A stretch of DNA of 64,000 nucleotides, taken from the NCBI GenBank assembly GCA_010093705.1, contig MU006103.1, positions 124,001 to 188,000 of the forward strand, read 5' to 3'. The notes beneath the pieces are model-generated. The model was given only the letters and a program-made list of their open reading frames with translations. It was not told the DNA's origin and made no database searches. Position numbers and translations under genes: made by a program. The stretch's first letter is position 1; each line of letters begins with the position of its first letter. Source of the DNA: Patellaria atrata CBS 101060. Lineage: Eukaryota. This document shows positions 11,896 to 22,915 of the stretch, piece by piece.

Positions 11896-13386
11896 GGTTG
11901 GTCGTTGAAAAGTATAAAGGGGAGAGGGTTGAGAGATTGAGAATATCCAGCCGGTTTACATCCGGCCTTGCTCAGATGCTTCGTGTCCTTGAGCTCTCGA
12001 GGAACGTCAGACCCTGGAATCTTGGCAGCACGTGCAGCACTTAGGATACTATTTTATCCGGCATCCACAGGAGAAATGCAACAAGTTATAACTATTCAAG
12101 GTATCTAGCTACGAATGTATTGTAAGTAATATAGGGTACATGACGCGCCCGCTAATATCTGTTGTAACGTGTATCTCATCAATGCCATACTATCCTATTT
12201 AGTAGAATCAAATAGTACTTATCTAGCTACATCCAATAGAGGTACAGTAGGCTTTTTGCAGCTTTAATAAACACTTCGCGAAGAATAATATGGTTGAAGG
12301 ACAGTATAGTGTCTTAGTACTACCTACCTTAGCAGAATACCTACTAATCTACCTTAACCAGACCTGCCCGTTTGTAACCATCTACCGTCTCCCTTATACA
12401 GTCGAACCCTCAATCAACCGTCCTTTGATATATATACCTCGCGCCTAGAGTTGAAGTATGCTAAGTAGAGAGTAGAATGGGAGAAATTTTTATCAATGGG
12501 AGCCGGAATGAAGATTATTCAAACAGAAGCGTATTTATGTGACCTTAGACGTATTGATTTAATATTTTCTACGTATTTTAGAAAGAACTCGTTATCATAA
12601 TTGGCAAGAGAGTGAATTTCTGACTGCTTCGATTTACCTTTTGAGTGGAATTTGAATGTAAGAAGAATTGAAAACGGACACAGAGGGAAACGTATAGCCA
12701 AGATGACGAAGATGGCTTTTAAAGCTGATGAAAATGATCGCACACTGTGGGCATGCGAAATTCGACATAACAGTTCACTCTTCACACCCGTTTGGAACCG
12801 AAAAATTAAGAGTGGAATTATTGAATTGCAGCAGATGCATGGAAAAAAAAAATGCTAATGCAATTTTTGACCTGTGATCACAAACTTTTGATACCAGCGA
12901 AGTATCATATCCCATACTTATTACATCCGCATGTCTAGCAACATGCTGGAATTTGGCAAGATAGTAAAAGACTCAGTGCTTGCAGAAAATTAAGCAAGCT
13001 AAACATAATAAAAACACCGCCCTATTGTAGACTGAGAATAGGTTGACCATTTGATCCGAAGATTGATGAGTAATCAAATAAGATTGAGGAAGGTGAGGCA
13101 TCACAACCTCACAAATGGGTATAGAGGCGAAACGAAGTCGCGGGAATTTGAATAGAGTGAAACGGAAAATTTCCCTTTAAGCTGAGAATCCCAACCATGT
13201 CCGTAATTTTATCTTTCAGATCAAAGCTAAACTCCACCCATATTCCAAGTAAGCAGTTATCCTGGCCGAGAATGCCCTCAAGAGTGTGCTTAGCCTTCCT
13301 CAGGGCGGAGACAACAGCTGAAGAGCTCCAGTAGCAGGATGTGGTGGTCTAAAATCATGAGGGTGCCTCATGGGCTCTCATTCGTA

Positions 13387-16300
13387 TCATTGATAACGCC
13401 TACGCTCCTCGGCATAGACGTATTCGCGTTCATTATAGACGGGGGCCCTGGGTGGTCCCCGCTCGTATGGCATAGAGACATATTCAACTACTTCGTCAGG
13501 GCCCCCCGGTCGGCCTGGCACGTATCGTGTTGGGGGAGCATACGCTGCAACTCGCACATACTCGACAGGTTCTTGGTACTCTCCATGGTACACGGGTGGA
13601 CCATTGACGGGACGGTAATGGATGGGTGGTGGACCAGGTGAACGTCGGCTCGGTCCATCATAAGCAACATACTCGTGTCTTGGTGGACCGAGAGGGGTTC
13701 GATGATATCCCTGCTCGAAATGAGGCGGTTCGGGACTGCGGCGACGGAACCGATGGTGGTCGGAGTCATGCCTGTGAGGTGGCCGTGGTGATCGAGATCT
13801 CTCACGAACTAAGCCCCTGTGTTCGGCTTCATACTGCTCGTATCTACCACGAGGAGGTGCCACTGACTGTCCATGTACGCTCGAATCTTCATGATATACG
13901 CTTACGTGACGGCTACTTCGAGGACTCGTGGGGCGAGCAAACCTCTCGTTTCCAGCAAGAAGCATTCTTGATCGGTCTTGTTCAGGTGGGGGATAGCTAT
14001 AACTTCCGCTTCCTGACCGTGCGTGCTCGTAATAGGGTTCTGAAAAGCTAATGGGTCTTTGAGATGGTGGCAAAGGGGACGGTGTGATATGTGGTCCATG
14101 TTCGGTATTGGGGACATGAGAAAGTACCGGCGGCCCATGAGGCATATTCTCAGTTTGGTACCGTATATCTGGAAGAGCTTGGCCATTTAAAACCTCTGGT
14201 CTCCCGTGATTGGTGTCTCGCCCCGCGTCTTGGAATCTATTTTGATTATTATTGTTCTCTTTACTGAATCGTTCGAGGAACAGTTCAGCTGCTGCTGCAG
14301 GATCCACAGGTCTGCTGGGTACCTGGGATTCTGGCGCTTGGCCATGAGGGGAATGTGCTAGTGGTTGGTTCCCATGCTGTGAAGGTGGTCCGGAAAGATG
14401 AGCGACACTTTGATCACGACGCTCTACAACCATAGCCCGATCATTTAGGTTAGCATCGTGAGGATATCCAAATCTTGCTGGTGGTGCATTGGGTTCCGTA
14501 TAGATCTCATGATGAGGTCGTGCTTCTCTAGGACTTCGAGCGCGATAATAGCTCCGTACAGGATGACTGCACACCACTTCATATGGTGCTTCGGGTTCCT
14601 ACAGCAATGATGTCAGCCATGATCTACGTTATCAAAACATAGTACGCACATATACTGCTGACCCCTGATAATAGGCATCTTTGCGGTGTGGCACAGGTGG
14701 CGATCGTTCCCGTGAAATGCGGGTCCGTTGGGTCCGTGATACTGGTTGTTTATAATCAAGAGCTGGACGTCGAGGATCATACTCATCCGCACTTGCTACC
14801 TGGGGAGATTGTTCTTGTGATTTAAAACCAGAAACACCGTTTCCCTCAAGCGAATATGATGGTGTGTTAGGGGCCCTCATTCCTGCTATGCTGCTCGGTG
14901 GCTCAGATTCGTCTTTTGCTCGAGATAATTTCGACGATTGTACAGGGTTAGGGCGACTCAGAGCTTCGACTTTCACTACTTCCGGTTCTGGGGCAATCTC
15001 TTGAATTGGACTGTAACGTGCACGAGCACTGATGAACAAATTGGGAAATACATCAGCAAAGATTTTACGTTTCTCCTCGGTCATACCAGGCGCCCGGATA
15101 AGGTCTGCGATGAAAACATCCTCAGGAAGATCGATCATGTCCTGGTTCCATTTGGATTCCGAGCTACTCTGACCAGAGGAAGTCCCTGGTTGGTTCGCTC
15201 CTTTGAAATGATTAAATTTGAAATGAAATGCCAATGACTCAATATTATAAGAAGCCAAGTTCTCTTGAGCAGATTCTGAATGCTGATGATTAGTATTTTG
15301 CTCTGCACAAGACTTGCAAAATAACTCATTCGAGGCCTTCAACGGCCGGAGGGACTGATTTTGGGTAAGAGCATTTATGAAAAGATCCAGGCTAGGTTCC
15401 CGGTTGAACCGGTTTTTGAATTGCAAGAAAACATGATGAACAATCACATAAAGTCTAACACTGAGAGAAAGGTCCTGTACGCCAGAAGTATTATTCCATA
15501 ATAGGCGAGCCATGTCAGAGAGAGCGTTGAGCTCCTCCTGGTTTGACTTTACAGGAGGAGGTCCTTGTCCATGGAACGGAGCTCTGCCAGTATGATTGTA
15601 TGAACGCCCTGTAGAACCGACATTAGTAGGCGGAACGGGGGCAAATTGTCCTTGATAATGACGATCTGCTTGCCTGGACATGGTTTCCACGGGATATGTC
15701 ACCGGGGGAGCAATAGGACCACCTGAGAGCTGTCCAGAGTGCGGTGAATAATACCCATTAGGTGAGTGATATGCATCAACCGGTGCAGGTGGATAAGGTC
15801 CTTGCGGTTGACCTCGATACTGATACTCATTTGAAGCTGGCTGACCATAATTATGTTGAAAAGCCTGATAGTTACCTTCGTGAGAGGGGTATCCAATAGG
15901 ACCTTGCAAGGGTGGAGGAGCAAATGGTCCAGAATGATGGCCCTGGAATTGGGATTGTCCATATGGCCCCGGGCTCATTTGAGGATACGATTGAGCACTA
16001 AGTGTTGCCACCGTTGGGGTTGTTGTTGCTCCTCGCGTATACCCACCATAACCTTGGTAAGGAGCAGGGGCCGGATGACCAGAGAAACCTGCTCCAGAAA
16101 GAGATAATCCAGAAGGAACCAAAAGTGGAGTGCTCTTAGCCATGGTTGGGTCAGGGTGGAAAGGAGGTTCTTCGGGCCATTCAGCCCGCTGCCACGAGAC
16201 AACTACATTGCCGACACTAAAGGAATTAGTATGTTTCGCCCCAAAATGTTGGATCACGCCTTCAAATCCATAGAATTTGTAGTTGCCATCACAAGAATTG

Positions 16301-18265
16301 CAAAGAAACAGGTCCTTCCGGAAGTGTTCCGTTATCGGCTTGATCTTATTGTCGAATACCCACTTCATGTTCTCTAGAACCAAGATACGGGGTAACTCAG
16401 ACTCTGACATCTCATCCTTTACTGGGCCTCTGGTTGTCTTCTTCTGATCGTCCTTTAGGATATCTGAGTAGAAACGTTGTCTTACACGGATCAAGACTTC
16501 TGCGGCAAATTTAGAGCAGTTATCCCTGGTAACAGACCTACCGCATGCCCATTCGTTAGAAATGATGTCGTCAGCATATGTGCTTAGACGTTGCCGAATC
16601 GGCTTTTGTATCTCTTCCCATTCATGCTCCAACGCTTCCTTAACTTCTTTATTGAAAGTATCGGACGAGAACCTGTCTTCCAATTTTACCCTGAAGGTGT
16701 TATTTTGTTCGGCTTTCTCAGCTTCTGCTCGTTCTGCTGCATCTCGTTGATGTAAAAGTCGTGGTTTCAGAACATCCCAAGCTTTGTCAGTCATCGGAAC
16801 AGATATTTGGATCGCAGCTTGGAAAGCATCCATATGAGAGAGGATATTTGGAGTGATGGGCGGTTCGAGTTCTAGACAACGGCGCTCGATGTCTCGTCGG
16901 CGAGCCGCTTTAGCCTCGTTCGCGTCTCGTACTGTACGTTCGATACGTGGTTGTGGGAAATGGCTTGCTGGGCCATGGGGGAGGGCAAAAGACGACTGCA
17001 TTGATTTTGGGGGTGGAAGGGGACGTCGAGGTAGTGACGAAGCTTTTGAGTAGGCATCAGTATCCGATATCTTGGCATAATTCGAAAATGGCCGTGAACT
17101 TGATCGTTCTTGGCGAAAAAACCTGCGACTAAAGTTTGAGACAAATTGTTCCTGAACTAACTTACCAGTACCTGAAATAATAGACGTTGAAGGTGGTCGC
17201 TCAGGTATGTGTAGTGGATTATGGGCCGGCGAGGTAGTTGCAGTGGTATCGGTATTTCTCGACAATAGTTGGCGAACTCCACCCTTATCTTCCCATCGCT
17301 CCCACCGAGCAGCATCATTCAACGTCTCCCTTCCTTTGATTTCTAGACCTTTAAACCATTCTTCGGCCGCTGCAGGTCCAAGTTCTCTCGCGTCTTGCAG
17401 CTGCCGTTCCATGTCATTGACATGCTTAGAGTAATATCGTTTGACCATTATTATATTTGTAGGAACAGTATGAGAATCTTGAATGGTCGATGAGGATACA
17501 ACGTGTAAATCGGAAGTGAGGAACACGTAGGGCAAGGCTGGAAGTAGAGATGAACTAGTCGAAAATAGCAAAGATGATTCCTGCATTTGTCAGTGGAGGT
17601 TGGACTATGTTCGAAGGGTGTCTGCATACTGTCCGAGAATTTGCTTCAAGACACGGTCCGCAAATGACGATAGCGAAAGCCCATATAGGTCTTATACCGT
17701 GTTGACCGGGTCCACTGGCGAATGGAGAATTTTGAGTTGAAGCAGCAGAAGCTAATTTCCCACAGAACTGACAACGTTTACTAAGTATTAACCTCCACAT
17801 TTCACGTTGGGAACAGGCCGCAAGAGGTTTTGGAAGATTGGGATATTTTCGTTTACGAATCAAATCCCAAAGTGTTTCTGAGTTCAATACATGCAGTCGA
17901 CCATGAACAGACCGGCTATCTGAACCTGCTGTTGTTGAGGTGAGGTAACGGTTGAAAGCGCGATTAACCTGCATCAGCCGTCCGAATGTCTGTACATTAT
18001 CCGTATGCAGAAAGATGTTTTGCCATACCGCCGGGGGAAGTCGTTGGTAGAATGGTAATGAAGCGGGCGGTTCTGCGTCTTGAAGTCGGGATACTTTGGT
18101 CTTCTTTCCGGTTGAGCCATCATCAGACCCTCGTTTCCGTTTTGCACTAGTGGCACCATTTTCAAAGAATGTTGCAGGGGTACTGGAATCTTGACCAGAA
18201 GCAGAGGACTGGTAAAGGTCAGAAGAAGATGCGTTACTAGCAACGCTGGTCGATCGCGCGTCCAT
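13387..18265 (-). CDS. Large F-box-like protein with putative zinc-binding motifs and a disordered Pro/Gln/Tyr-rich C-terminus
   Basis: ORFs 17555..18265, 14632..17586 and 13387..14577 are joined by introns 17581-17629 and ~14599-14649/55. There is a probable in-frame intron at 17043-17165. Motifs: F-box-like LPPAVWQNIF, CQFC...CGPC, and CNSC...QHFGAKH. Confidence 0.8.
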
Positions 18266-19286
18266 ATGTTTTGAGCGCAGGTGAGGAGCACCTGTCTACC
18301 TGAACGACGCCAACGCACACAGAGTTTGAAGTATCGCCACGGACATGGGAGGGATTCTACAGTCGAGACAGATAGCGACAGAGCCGGATTTGTACCTTGC
18401 GCGTTTTAGTGAGACGGACCGTGGTCGTTTCGCAGAGTATTGGTCTTCAGAAGTTTGTCTGCAAAGCTCGGAAAAATTGTGGATTGGGTGATGGAGGGCT
18501 TCTTTTGAACAGAAAGGCTACTGCAATGTAAGGAGGGGTTGTCCAGCAGGCAGACACAATGACGGGAGAAGGATGGGGCAAGAAGGAGAGAAATGGTCGA
18601 AGTATTTCAAGAGAGCAGTGGGAGGTTGGAAGGTCTTGAGGGTTGTCAATACTGTAGAGTTCGCGTTGAGGAAAAAGTAGGGCAGCGAATCAGGAAGTTA
18701 CGAAGGGGTCGATTGGCAGAATCGGAAGTCGCAAGTCTAATCGTCTCCGCCTAATATTTATGGGCCAAACCGTTTCTGGATGGCGTACATGACCAACGCC
18801 CTGGGCGATGATGAAAACCAGCATGAAAACGTGACAAAAAACGGCGACCAAACCTAAAGCCGGAATTACACACCACTTGACCCCCTCCTTAAACCTTTCA
18901 AGTGTCCAAAATACAACTTACATAAAATGGGCCTCCACGACGTAAGATATTTACAAAGTGATATCAAGGCTACAAGTCTCAATCAGGGCCCCAAGACTAT
19001 TGGCACAATACCAGGGTACCTACAGTGGAAGTTGATACCAGATAATACTAACAGCAAGGTTCACTGCCTGAAAGTGCGCACAGTTCTAGCCGTACAGACC
19101 GGTTGATATTGACGGACGGAACCGAACAACTACTTTGTGCAATACAGTACAGCACTGTACGACAAAACATGGACTTGTTTCTAAGCTTACGTGGTCTACA
19201 TCAGGAGGTTATCCGAAAATTTTTGTAGCCCACATCACCGTCAATGCTAACAGCCATCCATATCAGCCACTTCCTATAATTTTCCT

Positions 19287-20465
19287 CTAACTCAACGTCG
19301 GTACCGTCCAGTCAACCCACCTCGCCTCATCAAAAGTAAACTTCCCATCCGTCTTCATCACGTTCGTGCTCATAGTCTGATCCAACAAAAACCTCTGAAT
19401 AAACGCCGTCAACTCCGGCTGCTGCGCGCTCGGGAAAGAGCAATGTGCCGAATGGCTATTCTGACTGAAGCCCATGGAATCAGTGACTCCCAGAGCTTGG
19501 TAGATCTTCTGTCCCGTCTTCATGCAGCCATAGTTACTTAGAGGGCCAAGATAATCGATCGCGGTGTTTTCGATAACAAGGAGGCCCCGAGGCGCGACGA
19601 GGCCGGCGAGCATGTGGTGATCATAAGGTGTCGTGGGGATGTTCTTCGTCCACGGCGTAAACGCTTCGGCGAACCAGACGTCACCGGTGACGATCTGTGC
19701 CGCAGTCTCTACATTGGTGCCGTCCTTCTTCATCTGGTCAGAAATACGCCAGCACCCAGGTCCGCCAGAGCCGCCTTCTTGTGGTAGGGTTAGAGCCATG
19801 CGCTCGTCGAAGGCGCCAGCGATGAAGGCGGCTTTCCCGTAACGCGAGCAGCCCGTGACTCCGAGTCTTTGCGGGTTAATGTTGGCGCTAGGTGTTGTCT
19901 CGAGGGCATCGATGATGCGGCTCACTCCCCAAGCCCAAGCGATGAGAGAACCGGCTTTGTGGTCCTTACCGTAGATGTCGAAGAACTTGCCTTTACCACG
20001 GGTGTACTGGTCGGCAATCTCATCGGAGTTGAATGTGATTCTTGCGACGTTGTTCGGTATCGGAATGTTACCTCCGCTGTACCCGATGATTGCAGGATAT
20101 GGTGCTTTTCCAGATGATGGGTATTGTATAGTCACGGCGAATGATGTTGATTTACCCCCTTCTGAAATATTAATGGTGAGTTTGTTCGAGGCAAATGTGC
20201 TTGTGACCGAGGAAGGCCGAGGTGGTTTAGGGCCGAATTCATATTGCTGAAATAAAGCTTTGATCTCCTCTCGACGGCACGCCCATTCGGCTTTTGTGCT
20301 AATACGAGGACCTCCAGTGACGGGAAGAAAGGGATCTGGTAATTTCGCATTGTTCGTGGATATGGTCGAGGGGATAGCTGCACACGAAGCAGTCGATGCT
20401 GGATTTTGGGGGAGTGCGAGTACTCGCACTCCCAATGACAAGATTAATGGGTATTTGAACAACAT
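19287..20465 (-). CDS. Secreted carbohydrate esterase family 15 (glucuronoyl esterase-like), no CBM
   Basis: Signal peptide-like N-terminus. Motifs KLPDPF, AWAWGVSRIIDALE, GVTGCSRYGK (catalytic Ser), PQEGG, DHHMLAGLVAPRGL and HC. Intronless. Confidence 0.95.
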   Translation of the reverse strand: MLFKYPLILSLGVRVLALPQNPASTASCAAIPSTISTNNAKLPDPFLPVTGGPRISTKAEWACRREEIKALFQQYEFGPKPPRPSSVTSTFASNKLTINISEGGKSTSFAVTIQYPSSGKAPYPAIIGYSGGNIPIPNNVARITFNSDEIADQYTRGKGKFFDIYGKDHKAGSLIAWAWGVSRIIDALETTPSANINPQRLGVTGCSRYGKAAFIAGAFDERMALTLPQEGGSGGPGCWRISDQMKKDGTNVETAAQIVTGDVWFAEAFTPWTKNIPTTPYDHHMLAGLVAPRGLLVIENTAIDYLGPLSNYGCMKTGQKIYQALGVTDSMGFSQNSHSAHCSFPSAQQPELTAFIQRFLLDQTMSTNVMKTDGKFTFDEARWVDWTVPTLS

Positions 20466-21449
20466 TTTGATGGATTAAAGTTGCTCAGCAAAGAAAATAC
20501 TCCAAGGACAAATCCTGAATGATATATTCATAGTTCCTCTGGCCCGACTCTTTCCGCCCATCCACAGAAGCTAAAATTACTATTATTGTTCACCTCAGTA
20601 AATTATAGAACAGGGGTGGTATGATAGTATGGCATTTATGAGCACCATATCTGCGAATCCCAGATCGTAAAGGCTGCAAAACGAGGATAAAAGGACAAGA
20701 ATCAAGATATTGAGCGTGTGTACATGTTCAATGTGTGAGATGTTCAATATCTACTTGGGAATATCCAAGATCTTTAATGAAATCTCAGGGTGAATGCTGA
20801 CACCTTGAAGGTGGAGATTTTAAGGTTATATACCCGTATAGTATTAATTCAACAGTAGAAGTTCACTGTATGATCTCTATGATTAGTAGTGACGGGAACC
20901 CTCATACTGGGCTGACAAGTCCCAGTTGAATGCTGATAGCCGTTACTGAATGCTGGTGCGCGTACCACGGGACCGGCTTCCATTTAGGACTTGCCAGGGC
21001 ATAGTATTAGACCAAAATGCGGGGAGTAGAAGTTAAGAAAATCTGTACGAGGTATATCAGAGGAATTTTCCTCCAATTGATGGGTACTATCTCATATGGG
21101 TCATTTGATATTACTTATGACGACGGGGATCGCGGAGTCGTTACGATAAATTACCAATTTGTATGTAAAGGGGCATGAGAGGATCCGATAAGTGGACAAG
21201 TTCTGACCCATATTCTATATACAAGTATCTCTGACCTTAGTACATGAAAATTCTTCAGGAAACTCACTGTCTTCATCTATTTTACGACAAAGATACCATT
21301 ATTAGTTGAACGAGAATTTTACTACGGAGATTGCTAAGCTACGATCGAGTATTGTGATTTTATTTAATTGCCAAGACACTAGCCATTACAGCCACGATGA
21401 GAGGCTGTGCTGATGAATGTCACGTGATAACTGAGAGCCGTGACACTTT

Positions 21450-21686
21450 CGTTACGGCCACAAGTTGTGAAAAGCATGTAGTGGACAAGTGGGGGGCGGA
21501 GAAGGGCCACATGGTAGCGACACAAAGATCACGTGATCTGGACGTAGTGGACGCGGAAGGGGTTCTACGTCCAGCACGTCCAAACACATAAAATAGGAGT
21601 CGGAGAAGGAATACTTAAGGACGCTCCTTTACGCATGTATTTAGATTCTTCGTAGTTCTTCTTACCAATAGATTTCACCATCTACA
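21450..21686. mobile_element. Degenerate solo-LTR-like relic A
   Basis: Shares collinear blocks with 22216-22488: cggccacaagttgt, tcacgtga..tggacgt, and a 38-nt block with 3 mismatches. Ends in ACA. No target-site duplication found. Confidence 0.5.
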
Positions 21687-21691
21687 TTGGA

Positions 21692-21972
21692 TGTTACGGT
21701 CTTCGACTTGACTTTACTTTGTCACGCTGTTTCCATACAGCACGCTTTGTCTCTTGTTGAGAAGCCTCTGGACAGAGAGAGTTAAGGAGTCAGCAAGTTG
21801 TATCGTCAACTTGAAGTGCCTAACTCACACAACCTCCTATCATTAACGAAACCTACCTTGAGGTTGATCACGTTGGTGAGAAACCTGGCGCGTTTCTAGA
21901 CTTGGCTTGTTTCGTCCTGATAAGTATAGACTCCCGTTGTAATAACTTTAAGTACTTGTTCGAGCCCTGACA
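21692..21972. mobile_element. Possible solo-LTR-like relic B
   Basis: Bounded by TGTTACGG...CCCTGACA, imperfect inverted TG..CA ends like those of fungal Ty3/gypsy LTRs. No TSD and no second copy in the window. Confidence 0.3.
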
Positions 21973-22167
21973 ATAATTTTCAAATTTAATGAATAAGTAA
22001 TGTGACGATGTCACAGATAGCAACTCTCCACCATTCCTTATTCGGTGGGGCCGAGGTTCTACCGATATATTGTAACGGTAGACTGTTTAGCTATAACTTC
22101 TTCTTCTCCTTAACTTAATCTCTTTACACTGTAGTCAGGTAATATTAGTTAGGAAAATCAAAATCAA

Positions 22168-22195
22168 CTACTACTACTACTACTACTACTACTAC
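22168..22195. repeat. (CTA)9 microsatellite
   Basis: Nine perfect CTA units, read directly. Confidence 0.95.
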
Positions 22196-22215
22196 GCCGT
22201 CATAAGTTATATGTT

Positions 22216-22488
22216 TGTGGCGGCCACAAGTTGTAAGGACATGCAGTTAACAAGAGGGGGGAAGAGAGATGGACCACTCGGGGAAACTGCGGGTAGCACA
22301 GACAGTCAGGGTCACGTGACTTGGACGTTCGGACGTTTCGGTCGCTTGGTCGTGGGAAACGACCAAACGACCAAAACGACCAGACGACCAAAACGACCGA
22401 ACGACCAGCATGAAACAGGCTATGAGGAAAGGAATACTTAAGGACTTTCCTTTACACATGTATTTATATTTTTTGTTCAATTGATACA
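22216..22488. mobile_element. Degenerate solo-LTR-like relic C with internal ACGACC tandem repeats
   Basis: TGT...ACA ends. Homologous to 21450-21686. Six ACGACC units at ~22359-22407. Followed by a TpA-rich AT tract. Confidence 0.5.
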
Positions 22489-22915
22489 TAAACCTTATAA
22501 AGTTATAATAAGAAATATATTAAGGGTACCTATTATAATAGGGTTACTAGGAGGGTAATTCTTTTCTCAGCGACCCCTTCGTATATATATGATGCCAGAT
22601 GCAAACATGTCAAATATTCCCAGGTACAGTACATGTCTCTCCCATACGTTGGGCTTTCTCCATCTTACCTTACGACTGGGGTCTTCCAAATCCTGCTTTG
22701 TCAACTCCAGCCTCACCTATCAAAACCCTTTACTACACCAATTCTAGTTGAGATATCATCTTTACCTCAATATAGCCGCGTCGAAAGAGCCATCCAGAGC
22801 TATTTTGTTGCTCAATTCTTGCGTCAACCTCGAGCTTCTTCCCCTCCCAACCCCTCCACACCTCGAACATCGAGTAGGCAAACACCTCAGCCTCTATACC
22901 TTACCTTAACAGACA

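Noticed and set aside
22337..22407. ACGACC repeats as a CRISPR-like array
   Set aside because: The units are 8-9 nt with no spacers, in a eukaryotic LTR-like context.
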